Below, one piece after another: positions 10,160 to 21,838 of a stretch of DNA of 33,127 nt. The DNA is from Folioceros fuciformis (Eukaryota). The first letter of the stretch is position 1. The number at the start of each line of letters is the position of its first letter. A program made the translations under genes and the position numbers. The notes beneath the pieces were generated by a model, which saw only the letters and a list, made by a program, of their open reading frames with translations, searched no databases and was not told the DNA's origin. The DNA lies in NCBI GenBank assembly GCA_049999805.1, contig JBNGIO010006279.1, positions 342,485 to 375,611 of the forward strand. The letters are read 5' to 3'.

Positions 10160-13077
10160 TTACACCGACATTGTCAGGGAGAGATTACCTGCAACACTCT
10201 GACCTTCACCAATGTGTTTCAAACCTTCAACGACCTCGCTGGTCGCTGCATCCTGTCCTTCAACTTCTGAAGCAGGTTTTTTCCGAAACAGTGAGCTCAC
10301 ACTTTCAGAAACTCGACCCACGATACCTTTGCTGTCTGGGTCAGAGGGACTGGCAGGGCTGCGTGGGGAGGACCCACCCAAGCTCAAGCCTCCCAAAGTG
10401 TCGGTGATTTTCTGGGACAATGCCTTGTCATGTTCGTCAGGATGGAACCTGTCCGCAGCAGCATCTTTGGTGGAAACAACATACTCTTTGGCTTGCCCAA
10501 CACCCTGGCTCACCTTTTGAGTGAAGGGCACACATTCAGTATCAACCTCAGTGCTAATGCCTGTACCCATGCCAATACCAGTGTCAGTATCTGGCAGTGA
10601 GTCAGCCAGTGAGGTGGGCAGTTCGGATTGATCTGTCACAAATTTCGGGGAAGACGCGTAGCCTAGTTTTGATGCTATCGCGTCCTTTGCAGCGTATGCA
10701 GATTCCTGCACTCTCTGTGTCACAGAATTCTGTTCTGCGGTGCCAGTTGGAGTAGCACTGGTGTCCTGAGCACCAGCCCCGTATCCTATCTTGCCAGTCA
10801 CCGCACTCAGCGTCTCCTTGGCCTTGTCCGACCATGTTTTGCCGACTTCGGTTGCGGAGCCTGTGGTCTCTCTGTCCACCTGGGAGGACTCAGTAGTAGC
10901 GTTCGCTGCCTTCTCCTTCATTCCATACAGAGCGCCAACAGCAACCTCCTTGGCGTAATTCAGCCCTTCCTTCGCACGCTCTGTGTACGGTTTCTGCTGC
11001 TTCTCCTCAGAAGCGGCGATCAATTCAGTGGTGCCAGACTCCGTTTCTGTATCAGTATTACCTGTAACTGCTCCCACAACTTTATCCTTCGCATTGTAGA
11101 TGCCTTGTGTGGCACGCTCCGCGAACGGCTTCTGTTCCTCAGCAGCGGTAGTATCTTCGGACACAGCTCCTACAACCTTGTCCTTGACATTGTAGATACC
11201 TTCTGTAGCACGCTCTGCAAAAGGCTTCTGTTCCTCAGCAGTAGTGATATCTCCGGACACAGCTCCTACGACCCTGTCCTTCGCGTTGTAGATACCTTCC
11301 GTGGCACGCTCTGTGAATAACTTCTGCTCATCAACTCCAGACTCCGCTCCCGGGCTGCTCGTTACAGCACCCACCAGCCAATCCTTCGCATTGTAGGTAC
11401 CTTCGGTCGCACGTTCTGTCAAGGGCTTCTCCTGCTCCTGGTACGGTACATCCTCCCCTTCAATGTGGTGCTTCGCTGCCTCCGCCGACCCTGCCGCGGC
11501 AGCTGCCTCCTTCAGACGTTCGGTGAAGGGGAGATTATCTCTTCCAGCCGCTGCGGGCCCCTTGAATTCCTGCAGCAGACACCAAGAAGAGTGTCCATAT
11601 CTTCACATTATCATCATGAACGCCGTGGTTGAATGAACGAAGGTTTGAGTTAAGGACTGTCATGTTTGATGTATAAGTGAACTCACATTCTGATCCCTGC
11701 TGAACAGTCCCTGGGTTGCAGGATCGTGGAGAAGCGTATGGGGAACGTGCTCTCCACTCAGCTCACCGAGGTCACGAGAGATTCCAGCTGACTCCTGACC
11801 TGCAAAATCGATCCAAACACAAGAGTCAGCGACAATTCATTCTTCCTTTCCTTCCCCACTTCCAACACATGTCCCAAACAACACACCTTCAACTGAAAGC
11901 ACAGTCTTCTGCCTACTCCGGGTTTCCTCCTCGGAGGGAAGGGACGCAGCACCGTAGAAATATTGAGTGGGAACAGCTTGCAGAGTGTTCTCCGGGCCGT
12001 CGTTTCTAAACGGGCTGATGAACTTATTGCCATCACCATCGTCCTGGACCGAGGACTCAGACACCTGCCATCCACTATCACCCACTGCAGGAGCGGCAGG
12101 ATCTGGCACCCCACGGTCGGAGCTAATTCCTTCCTGCCCAGACACAGCCCTTGGGAACGAAGACCCCCCGTGCACCGCAGGGGCTGTAGCATCGGACTGT
12201 AAGCCTACATCCAACAGCATGGAAACATACCCCCCTATTAGGCTCACATGTGTCGCCCCTACAGACGTAGACTCATACCACTCCACACATCCATCCGTCA
12301 CTGCACTCCGTCTCCTCCGACTCCATTCCACCTACCCTTCTCGGAGTCGGGCGCAGAAAAGCAATCAACGACAGCCAATGTGTTTGTTTATCAGCGAAAG
12401 GCTTGGACAGACAAGCAAACCCGGCCAGACTGAGTGCAATACCTGCAGGACTCGAGGTAACGCTGAACTGCTCAGCCAGAGGATCCCCGTGTTGCTTGGG
12501 CAGCTGGGCGTACTCTCCCTGCAAAACCCACAGCACATAAACCTCGTCGCCCATTGCAGCCACCGCCGGTACCTCAATGCACACACCCACACTACCAGCA
12601 CACATGTCAATCTCACCTGCGAGGCAGCCTCGCTCTCATCTTCACTAGACGACGCAGAGCTGGACTCCTGCCCCGGCCCGCGGTCAGTGGCACCGCCAGA
12701 GCCGTCCTTGTCGGAGGTCCGGGCGTGGAGCTCTTTCTTCACCTTCGTTTTGAGCTTAGAAGTCTTGTCCTTGATCTTCGACATAAAAGACGACGACTTC
12801 TTTCCACTGGGGCTCTGCACCTCCGGCACACTCGTGTCCAGCCTCTGCTCCGACTCTGCAGACGTCAACCCCGTCGCTCGCTCAGCTGATTCAACGTCGC
12901 CCACACCCAACATTCACTCACATTCTCTAACCCACAAACCGCATTGCACTACCCTTCCACGAATTCCACCACCCAAAACCCACCGGGAGTGAGCTGCACG
13001 GAGTCGGAGTCATCGTAGGCCCGGATGGCGCCTTCCGGGGCCTGGGGAGCCGGGAATCCTGACTGGTACTGCGCCAT
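10160..13077 (-). CDS. LTI65/RD29B/CAP160-like dehydration/ABA-responsive hydrophilic protein, 6 exons (13077-12984, 12885-12617, 12518-12443, 12204-11887, 11799-11687, 11569-10160), about 759 aa
   Basis: Lys-rich N-terminal KKSSSFMSKIKDKTSKLKTKVKK; PGEED-like motif PDEHDKALSQKITDTL; C-terminal GIVGRVSESVSSLF; LEA-like repeats KPFAERATEGIYNAKDKVVGAV. GT-AG junctions give a phase-consistent frame. The internal exon borders are my prediction. Confidence 0.75.
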
Positions 13078-13297
13078 CGTCGAGTCGTGACTATCGAGCG
13101 AACCTCGTCGGCCTTCTCTCAGATGCGGAGGAAAATGCAGGTCCAATCGTAGACACCAGCAGCAGCAGCAACAAGAATGAGGAGAATGTTGGGGACAACA
13201 GAGTGACAGTCACAGCAGCCGGATCGTGAACAAGAGCGGGACTCGCGTTTTGTGTGGCAGACTAGGCCGAGGCTAGCATAAGAAGGCGAAGGAGATT

Positions 13298-13387
13298 GCC
13301 ACGCGGCTCCCAGCAAGTGTGCGCGTGGCACCTGCTACGTGCCGTGCTCCTGTCACAGACACCAGGCACTCAGCCGACGTACGTGGC
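13298..13387. promoter_or_regulatory. Cluster of ABRE, CE3-like and DRE/CRT elements upstream of the LTI65-like gene
   Basis: GCCACGCG 13298-13305, GCGTGGC 13323-13329, ACGTGCC 13337-13343, GCCGAC 13373-13378, ACGTGGC 13381-13387. Confidence 0.65.
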
Positions 13388-14592
13388 CGCCATCTACCCT
13401 CCTTGCACATGTCTTCCACAATCAGGCTGTCTTATCTCGCCTCTATGCCTTTATCCGTAGGTTTGTAGCATTTCAAATGTTTTGCAATCACAATTAGCTG
13501 GTCAAAGTGATTCGAAATTAGGCTTACTCTGCGGATTCCAGGCGATGCCATGGCCGCCAAGTCCGTCTTCTTCCTCTTTGCCGCGAGTGCACGGAGTCCG
13601 TGGTACACTAACTAGTCTGGGTTCCTTCGCCTTGGTACTCACAAAGGCTTCCGGGTCCATGTATACAAGAACTTCAATATTAAGCATCCTTGCTCTTTGA
13701 CCTAGTCGTGGGAGTAAGTAATTAAGCACACCATGGTATAAGTTGTTAAGTATCAAGTCACATGATTGAAAATGGAAGCAAGTGGTTTAGTATACTCTGG
13801 AAAGGGCCTTGAAGTTTCTCTTCCAAGATCTACATGGAAGGAGTCCAAATCTAAGAAAATGAGTTGCTCATGAACCTCGCCTAACCCATCTCATATATTG
13901 TTCCAGCATATGAAGGAAGATAAGTATGGTTAGAAGTGTTCCCACTCTAGCATATTCCAAGAAGATGCCAAGGATTCCATTAACCTAAACCTCTACCCTC
14001 CATATGTGAAGGAAAAAAAAGGTCAACCTTGAGGGAGGAGATTGTTCTGGAAAGTAGAGCAACATGTTATCAACAAGGTCATGGGTCTTGGCTGCTACGA
14101 ACCAATGGACCAAGTTGAACATCTTTGCATCTACTTGCATCTTGTGTCATCAAACCATCCACTAGTCATCGTAGCTATGGTGAGCTAGAGAGTCACTTGT
14201 TGGCTGCCTCGGCACTTGTCTTATCACAAGGGACAGACATTCGCAACATCCTCTTTTTTCCTCTTCTATTTTTATCACTTTTGGACCACATTCGCAACCA
14301 ACATACACCAGCAAGTTTTGTGATAGGAAAAAGGGTAACTTCTAGTAACATTACCAACCTATCACAAGGTACAAAGAAGTAGAGGTGGGGACCTGCAAGG
14401 GAATTGAACCTTCTTTGAAGAATAGAAGGACAAATACATTGTCCTCAAGTTCAAGGAATCATTGAGGTACAAACTTGTAGGCAATAGACAACTAGTTAGA
14501 CCAAATACACAATCAAGGTCTCTATTTAGATGAAATAAACCCTTAACCTCAACATGAATATATCCTCGATACCTCATCTCGGATGAAATAGA

Positions 14593-14761
14593 GACTTCTT
14601 ACAAGCAATCTTGTCTCACCCAAGTTCAGGCATAACAATTAATGCAACTAGACTAGACTTCTTACAAGCAAACTTGTCCCACCCAAGTTCAAACATAACA
14701 ATTTAATACAACTTCACTTCTTGCAAGCACACTTGTCCTTCCCAAGTTCAGGCATAACAAT
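14593..14761. repeat. Imperfect tandem repeat, about 60-bp unit, 3 copies
   Basis: ACTTCTT(A/G)CAAGCA..CTTGTC...CCCAAGTTCA..CATAACAAT occurs three times. Confidence 0.85.
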
Positions 14762-15074
14762 AAGAGTAAGAATATGGTGAATGAGCATGGCTGAGTCCAA
14801 GTATCATTATCTGAAAAAAAAAAAACAGCTTAGTTTGTTTTGGTTTGGATGCCATTGAGGTGCTTAGAACCCACGAGTAAGTGTTGAGATCTTCGTTCCA
14901 CCGCTAAGAACAAGAACGGCTGGTGAAGATCTTGGCTACTTGAAATTGATCTAGACAAATAGAAGTGATGATCACCACCGTTCACTGCTGTAGCAAATCG
15001 AACATCATGTAGGTGTGGATGTGCTGGGCTTCGAAAGGGGAGGGAGCGTGCTTTGAAGTGATTCCACCCCTTTT

Positions 15075-16636
15075 ATGCCGAAAGCAGTGCCCGCTAGATG
15101 GCCACACATTGTCAGCTGGATGCCATGTGTACCCAACAAATTGGTGGCTATGCAGGGATTCTACGAGGCGTTCCCGCTCCCCGCATGTTATGTAGTCACT
15201 TGCTGGCAAGAAAGCAGGCCTGGAGAAGCAGCAGTGGAAACAGCTCAGCAGTTCAAGGAAAACGTGTGGCTGGGAAGGAATGCTCAGCGATGCTCGTCGC
15301 CAGGAGCAGGAGTTCTTGTGGAGACATTTGTTTCTGGACCCTACCATGTGGTGGGATGTCCGGCGAGGTAAGAGCAGCTCCCGTTCCCCTGACTGTCGGC
15401 GGAAGGGGTCCGGCGAGGTCCTCTGGTTAGACAGCGTTCTTAAGCAGCGTGGGTGGATGAGCAGCTTGTTGCTTTGACTGTGCACATGGGGGATGGTGCT
15501 TCGCCTTCCAAGTCCAGATTTTGGGATAAGGATGAGCCTTGCGGGCCCGCTGGATCCGAGATGGGCGTCAGGGCTTGCACCGTCAGCATGTTATGTGAGC
15601 AGGAAAGGCTTGCTGAGGCTGTTGGAGCGCTGGAATTCCTGGTGGAGACAGACTGTCCTGTCTCTCAGTCTCTGGTTATGACATTGTGACAAAACAATGT
15701 GCAGCTAAGAAGGATCTGGTTCTTGGGCGACAGGTGCATGATCTGTCTGTCAAGCTAGGGTACGACTCAAATGCATTCTTGGGGAATCATATCTTGCGCA
15801 TGTATACATGTGTGGGCAGGTTACCAGAGGCCATGGATGTGTTCGCCAGGGTGGGCAAGCCAAGTGTCTTCATGTGGTCGTCCACCATCTCCGCATATGC
15901 TAAGCATGGGAAACCTGATAAGGCCATACAACTTTTGCATGAGATGCGTAGCTGGGCTCTGGAGGTTCGCTCTGCGTGAAGAAATGGAGGAAGAGGGCCT
16001 GGTTCTGGCTAACCATTTCACCGTTGCCTGCCTTCTGAAGGCCTGTGCAAGTGCTGGTGCCTTGCAGAAGTGCAGAGACCTGCAACCACAGATTGTGGAA
16101 AGAGCGCAGCTACGAGGTGACATTGTGGTGGGTAACCGCCCTGGAGGACATGTATGCGAAGTGCGGGGAACTGCAAGAGGCACGCAAGGTGTTTGACAGT
16201 TTGGCCAGACAGGATGTGGTGACATGGACGGCCTTAATAGGCGGGTATGAACAGAAAGGGCTCTAGTAGAGGCGCTTGTATTGTATGAGAAAATGGAGCA
16301 GGAAGGCCTAATTTTGCCAACAGCTTTACTTTCGCTTGCCTGCTGAGGGCCTGTGCAAGCGCTGGTCTTCAGCAAACGGGCAAGCAGCTTCACTCACAGA
16401 TTGTGGAAAGAGGACAGCTGCAAAGTGATATTGTGTTAGCGACTCCCTGGTGCACATGTATGCAAAATGCGGGGAACTGGAAGAAGCACGCAAGGTCCTT
16501 GACTGTTTGACCCGTTAAGATGTGGTTACCTGGACAGCCCTGATAGCTGGATGTGGTACGCGTCATGGTCACAACGCACTAGCATGCTCTCAGGAAATGT
16601 TCGATGAGGGCATTCAGCCTAACGATGATACTTTAG
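15075..16636 (+). pseudogene. PLS-PPR pseudogene with an N-terminal OSB-type PDF motif; related to the two downstream PPR genes, 3' truncated
   Basis: Fragments in shifting frames: LWRHLFLDPTMWWDVRRGKSSSRSPD..., TVSMLCEQERLAEAV, AFLGNHILRMY, MYAKCGELQEARKVFD, GIQPND. Several frameshifts and stops; no E domain. The start is approximate. Confidence 0.85.
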
Positions 16637-18064
16637 GGTTACTTTAGGGACCCTCAGCAACCACCAGGATACGTGCCCCAGCCACAGGTTTCAGACGTTC
16701 GTCAACTTCACACTACGTTTCACTGACCAAATCACACAATTTATCAAGCCATTTCTGTGCAACAGGAACTTGAACTTGGTCCAGAATACAATGGGCAACG
16801 ACAAATCATTCTTCGCCAGTAATGGCGCTTCATCAGACAAGGGCACCTGGGCCGTCGACTAGGTTAGCTGGATGTGCTGCCACCTCCTCTTAACCATCTC
16901 AGAGTGTCTACGGCTGGGGTTCAAAAACATAAGGAAACAAAAGGATTTGAGACGGAAAGAAAACAGGAGTCACCAGCGTAGCCTCACGAGAGAGTTTGGT
17001 CCTCGCGAGAAGGAGCTCGCCGAAAAGGAGAGTTCGTCTAGCACGAGAGAACCATCAACCTTTCCAGATGATGGATGAACCTAACACGCGAGAGGACAGA
17101 TCTCAAACCCAAGCGGCTGGGAAAGATAGCGAACCTACGCCAGGAAATTACTCTTGCGGCACAGAGGATGTCTCACCGGATGGTGCTACACCTCAGCTAC
17201 CTGAACGACACTCGTTCGAACCCTTCCCGAGCTGATTGAGCCGTGAGGTTTTTCGGCACAAGGACTGCAATGACTTTGACACCCGATCCGGTGTGCTGCG
17301 GCTATTCGTCATCAAAGATGCTGAGAGGAACATCTTTCATGTAACAAAGCGCAGAGTCACTTTGGCACCCTCGTAGAGACGCCTTCACATCATCTGTGAG
17401 GAGCCCGGATTTTCCAGGTGCATAGCACGCAAAAGCGCAGCCTCGCGCGACACTCCAGACAGAAAGGCCTGTATGTAGAACATGGGCATGGAGCTGATCA
17501 ATGTTCTGCAGCTATACACATGCAAGACATTGAGACGGATCTTCCATGCAACAAAGCGCAGACTCAGTTTGGCACCTTCGTAGAGGCATCTTCTCAATGA
17601 TGTATGGAGAGCCCGGATATGTCAGGTGCATTGCACACTGCGAAGATAGCACAGACAAACGAGAACATCAAACACAACACGGCAACGCAAACGATACTGC
17701 GCGGCCAGCCACCCGGCGTTGCAAACCCAGAAGCTGCATCCCCAGGCAGCGCACTGTAACCTATCAACAAGACGTGCCATGAAGTGAAATATATACATAC
17801 ACGAATGTCATTAGGTTATCCTATATCGTTCATGACAGGACTGACAAGCGCGAAATGTCCTGAGCCCTAAACTTGACACTTGAACTTCCACCAAAGCAAA
17901 CCTGCTCTGTCCGCGTGCTCCACCTTTACTCGTCTGTACTAATCAGTTAAGAAAGACGACCATGACATGAAAAGATCTATCCTTCGCACACTTAAAGAAC
18001 TCTTTTTCTGCTTCTACTCATCCCTCTGTTCGTTTAGGAAAAGCTCTACTCTAGCCCAGCTTGA

Positions 18065-21000
18065 CTATGGGTGGGAGGACTGATCGTCCTCCCCAACCAA
18101 AAAACTATGGACCAGTCCGTCATCATCTGTCCACCAGCTCTGACCTGGGTTCTTCCAGGCTCTGATCCTTTTTCTCCTTGATTGTATCTTCTCTGCCCGT
18201 TTCAACATCTGGGCACTGTTGTAAAGGTTCGACATCAACAAATATGCTGCACCATCGTACTTGTCTAGCTTCACTGCTTCATTGAAAGCATGGCGTCCCA
18301 CGTCGACATTGCTCCACTTTCTACAAGCACTCAACAGAGTTTGCCAAACCGCCGTACTAGGAAGTACAGGCATATTGCTTATAAAGAACAATGCCTCATC
18401 CAGTTGCCCTGCACGGCCCAGAAGGTCAACAATGCATGTGCAGTGCTTCTCTGTGGGAGTTATGCCGTACTGTCTGCTCATAGCTTCAAAGTAATTCCGT
18501 CCCTCGTTCACTAGACCTGCATAACTGCACACTGTTAATATGCTAAGGAATGTTATGCTGTTTGGCTGTATGCCATCCTCTTTCATTCTACGGACCAATT
18601 CGAACACTACTTCACTGTCTCCTTGACAAGCATAGCCTGCAAGCAGCACATTCCAGAGAACAACGTCTCTTGCTGGCAATTCATCAAAGACCTGTAGTGC
18701 ATCAATCATGCTCCCGCACTTCCCATACATGTGAATCAAACTGCCAGCTACAATCGGATCAGCTTGCAGCCCTTGTTCTACGATCTGTGCATGTAGCTGC
18801 CTTCCCAGATGCAAAGCTGCCACATTTGCACATGCCTGTAGGAGGCACATGAGTGTTACAGAGTCAGCAATGTGCATGCCGTCTTCTTGCATAGCTCTGT
18901 AAAGATGCAGGGCCTCCTGACCCATACCCTGCTGGGAATATCCTGCTATCATAGCATTCCATGCCACAAGATTTTTTTGGCCAAGTCTGTCAAACACACT
19001 CTGAGCATCTTGCAAACTGCCACACTTTGCATACATGCTGACCAAACTGCTGGCTATAAAGGCATCGGTTTGATATCCTCGGTCTCTGATTTCCAAATGA
19101 AGTTGCCTCCCATTATCCAAGGCCAGGGTACCTGCACTTGCACATGCCTGCAGGAGGCACACATACGTCATGGAATCTGGTCCAACCATGCCTTCTCCTT
19201 GCATCGCAGCGTAGAGACAAAGCGCTTCCTTCCCCATGCCTTGCTGGGAGTACCCTGCTATCATGGCATTCCACACCGCAACGTCCTTTTGACCAAGTCT
19301 GTCAAATACTCTCCGGGCATCGTCCAAGCTGCCACATTTTACAAACATATTTACCAGACTGTTGGATACAAACACGTCAGCTTCAAACCCATGTTTTCTG
19401 ATTTGAGCATGAAGACGCTTTCCCTTCTCCAGCGCAGGGATGCCCACACTGGCACATCCCTGCACGAGACATCCAAATGTTATGGAATTGGGTGAGTCCA
19501 TGCCTTCAAACACTCTCTGAGCGTCGTCCAAGCTGCCACACTTTGCATACATGTTCACCAAACTATTCGCTACAACCAGATTTTGTTGATGTCCTTCTTC
19601 TATGATTTGTGCATGAAGCTGCTTTGCCATCTGCAACGCTGGTGCGCCCACACTTGCACAGGCCTGGAGGAGGCACACAAATGTCACAGAATCTGGTACA
19701 GCCATACCTTCCTCTTGCATAGCACTGTACAGGAGAAGAGCTTCTTGCTCCATTCCATGCTGCGAATACCCTGCTATCATGGCAGTCCAGCTCACAATAT
19801 CTTTCTGACCAAGCCCGGCAAACACTCTCTCGGCATCTTCCACACTGCCACACTTTGCATACATGTTCACCAGACTGTTCCCTACAAACCCATCAGCTAA
19901 ATGTCCTCCGTGTACAATTTGTTCATGAAGGTCCGTCCCTGTCTTCAGCGCTGTGGTGCCCACACAAGCACATGCCTGCAGGAGGCACACGAATGTCAGA
20001 GAATCAGGTACAGCCATGCCTTCTTCTTGCATAGCATCGTAGATGCGGAGTGCTTCCTGTCCCAAACCCTGCTGCGAATATCCTGCAATCATGGCAGTCC
20101 ACGTCACAACATCCTTTTGCCCAAGTCCATCAAACAATCTCTGAGCACCTTCCAAGCTGCCACACTTGGCATACATGTTCACTAAACTGTTGGCTACAAA
20201 CACATTAGCCTCAAGTCCTCTTCCTACGATTTGCCCATGAAGCTCCATCCCCTTCTCCAACGCCAGGGTGCCCACACTAGCACATGCCTGCAGGAGGGAA
20301 ATGAATGTCACCGAATTGGGTAGAGCCATGCCTTCCTCTTGCATAGCACTGTGTAGACGAAGGGCTTCCAGGTACATACCTCGCTGGGAATACCCTGATA
20401 TTAATGCAGTCCACGCAACCACATCCTTATGAACAAGTCCATCAAACACTCTCTGCGCGTCCTCCAAGCTGCCACACTTGGCATACATGTTCACCAGACT
20501 GTTGGCCACAAACACTTCGCCTTCTTGTCCTCTTTCTCTGACCTGCACATGAACCTGCCTCCCCTTCTCCAGAGCCAGGGTGCCGACACTCGCACAAGCC
20601 TGCAGGAGGCACACAAATGTCATGCAGCTTGGTACAACCATGCCCTCATCTTGCATGTCATTGTACAGATCCAGGGCTTTCTGCCCCATACCTCGCTGGG
20701 AATATCCTGCTATCAAAGTAGTCCATGTCACCACATTCTTCTGACCCAGGCAGCCAAACACTCTTTCAGCGTCCCCCAAGCTGCCACACTTTGCATACAT
20801 GTTCACCAAACTGTTACAGACATGCAAATCCGGCTCAACGCCACTAGCAAGCAAATCAGCATGCACCTGCTGCCCAGATTTCAAATCGTATCCCCTTGCA
20901 CAAGCCTGGAGAGCTGCCACAAACACGTGGCCATCTGGGTTTGCACTCGACCTCCGCATCTGATGATACAGCTCTATGGCCTGCTTGTCCTCTCCATGCT

Positions 21001-21838
21001 TAACATGCGCAGAAATCATAGAAGACCACATGAACGCATCTGGTTCAACAACACCATTGAACACCTCCTTCGCTTCTTTCAACCTGCCATGAAGAGAATA
21101 CATCTGTAGTATGTGATTGCACAGGAAAGTGTCCGCCTGGTACCCTTTTCTCACCGCGAAAGCATGAACACGGCTGCCTGAAACAAGATCCTTCTCCAAC
21201 ACACATCTCTTCAACAGAGTATAAAATAAAAATCTGGAAATGCCAGTAGCCGTCTGCACCAGCACTTCCAAAGCTTCAACAGCCTGAGAGAGATGGCCCT
21301 CATCACACAATTTGCTCACAGTTTCAGCTGTCACGTCCCGGTCGTCGCTTGCAGGCCTGCAATCCCCGGGACTATCCGCCAAGCCCCTGTCGGACACACA
21401 GCGACCACTCCACAGGTCCAGAGCAGCCAGCTGCGCATCCACCCAACCTGGCTTGTAAAAGCTGTCCAACCAGAGAACCTGATGGGACTGCTTGTGTCGG
21501 AAGTCAGGGGACCTACGGCTCTTCTTAGTTCTCCTGTGATCCCACCAAAGTGAGGGGTCACCAAAGAATTGTCGCCACAGATTCTCCTGGCGCCAACGTT
21601 CCCAGGATCTGTCGCCAGTGACCGCTTCTCTTGCACCGGCTTCCTTTCTTGTGAGGGTGCCACTGATGCACCTCTCGCATTGTGTCCCGGTAGAGTGCTC
21701 GTTCTTTGATGTTAGATGACAAGGAGCTCCTCCTGCAGTAGCCGTCTGGCCACCACATGGTTGGGTCCACGGACCCAGTCCCCACAAAGAATTTCCTTGC
21801 ACTTTTCTCGACCAAATTTCCACGCTCACGACAGCCAT
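18065..21838 (-). CDS. PLS-class PPR protein (about 28 motifs) with N-terminal PDF motif and E1-E2-E+ (WW-type PG box); putative organellar RNA-editing factor, 1257 aa, intronless
   Basis: Long ORF with P-L-S triplets (NSLVNMYAKCGS / VVTWTAMIAGYSQQG / VTFVCLLQACA), P2-L2-S2, E1 (WQTLLSACRKW) and E2 (AYLLMSNLY), ending KNPGQSWWTD..VHSFLVG...HP. Confidence 0.95.
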   Translation of the reverse strand: MAVVSVEIWSRKVQGNSLWGLGPWTQPCGGQTATAGGAPCHLTSKNEHSTGTQCERCISGTLTRKEAGAREAVTGDRSWERWRQENLWRQFFGDPSLWWDHRRTKKSRRSPDFRHKQSHQVLWLDSFYKPGWVDAQLAALDLWSGRCVSDRGLADSPGDCRPASDDRDVTAETVSKLCDEGHLSQAVEALEVLVQTATGISRFLFYTLLKRCVLEKDLVSGSRVHAFAVRKGYQADTFLCNHILQMYSLHGRLKEAKEVFNGVVEPDAFMWSSMISAHVKHGEDKQAIELYHQMRRSSANPDGHVFVAALQACARGYDLKSGQQVHADLLASGVEPDLHVCNSLVNMYAKCGSLGDAERVFGCLGQKNVVTWTTLIAGYSQRGMGQKALDLYNDMQDEGMVVPSCMTFVCLLQACASVGTLALEKGRQVHVQVRERGQEGEVFVANSLVNMYAKCGSLEDAQRVFDGLVHKDVVAWTALISGYSQRGMYLEALRLHSAMQEEGMALPNSVTFISLLQACASVGTLALEKGMELHGQIVGRGLEANVFVANSLVNMYAKCGSLEGAQRLFDGLGQKDVVTWTAMIAGYSQQGLGQEALRIYDAMQEEGMAVPDSLTFVCLLQACACVGTTALKTGTDLHEQIVHGGHLADGFVGNSLVNMYAKCGSVEDAERVFAGLGQKDIVSWTAMIAGYSQHGMEQEALLLYSAMQEEGMAVPDSVTFVCLLQACASVGAPALQMAKQLHAQIIEEGHQQNLVVANSLVNMYAKCGSLDDAQRVFEGMDSPNSITFGCLVQGCASVGIPALEKGKRLHAQIRKHGFEADVFVSNSLVNMFVKCGSLDDARRVFDRLGQKDVAVWNAMIAGYSQQGMGKEALCLYAAMQGEGMVGPDSMTYVCLLQACASAGTLALDNGRQLHLEIRDRGYQTDAFIASSLVSMYAKCGSLQDAQSVFDRLGQKNLVAWNAMIAGYSQQGMGQEALHLYRAMQEDGMHIADSVTLMCLLQACANVAALHLGRQLHAQIVEQGLQADPIVAGSLIHMYGKCGSMIDALQVFDELPARDVVLWNVLLAGYACQGDSEVVFELVRRMKEDGIQPNSITFLSILTVCSYAGLVNEGRNYFEAMSRQYGITPTEKHCTCIVDLLGRAGQLDEALFFISNMPVLPSTAVWQTLLSACRKWSNVDVGRHAFNEAVKLDKYDGAAYLLMSNLYNSAQMLKRAEKIQSRRKRIRAWKNPGQSWWTDDDGLVHSFLVGEDDQSSHP

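Noticed and set aside
11967-12992. 341-aa plus-strand ORF
   Set aside because: Antisense shadow of the GC-rich exons and introns of the LTI65-like gene; no recognisable domain.
13480-14960. Possible retroelement or gene in the AT-richer spacer
   Set aside because: No LTRs, TIRs, TSD or protein motifs that I can support; only the short tandem repeat is reported.
18065-18067. PPR stop codons being restored by U-to-C editing (UAG to CAG)
   Set aside because: Such editing is known for organellar, not nuclear, transcripts, and no intact DYW sequence follows either stop.
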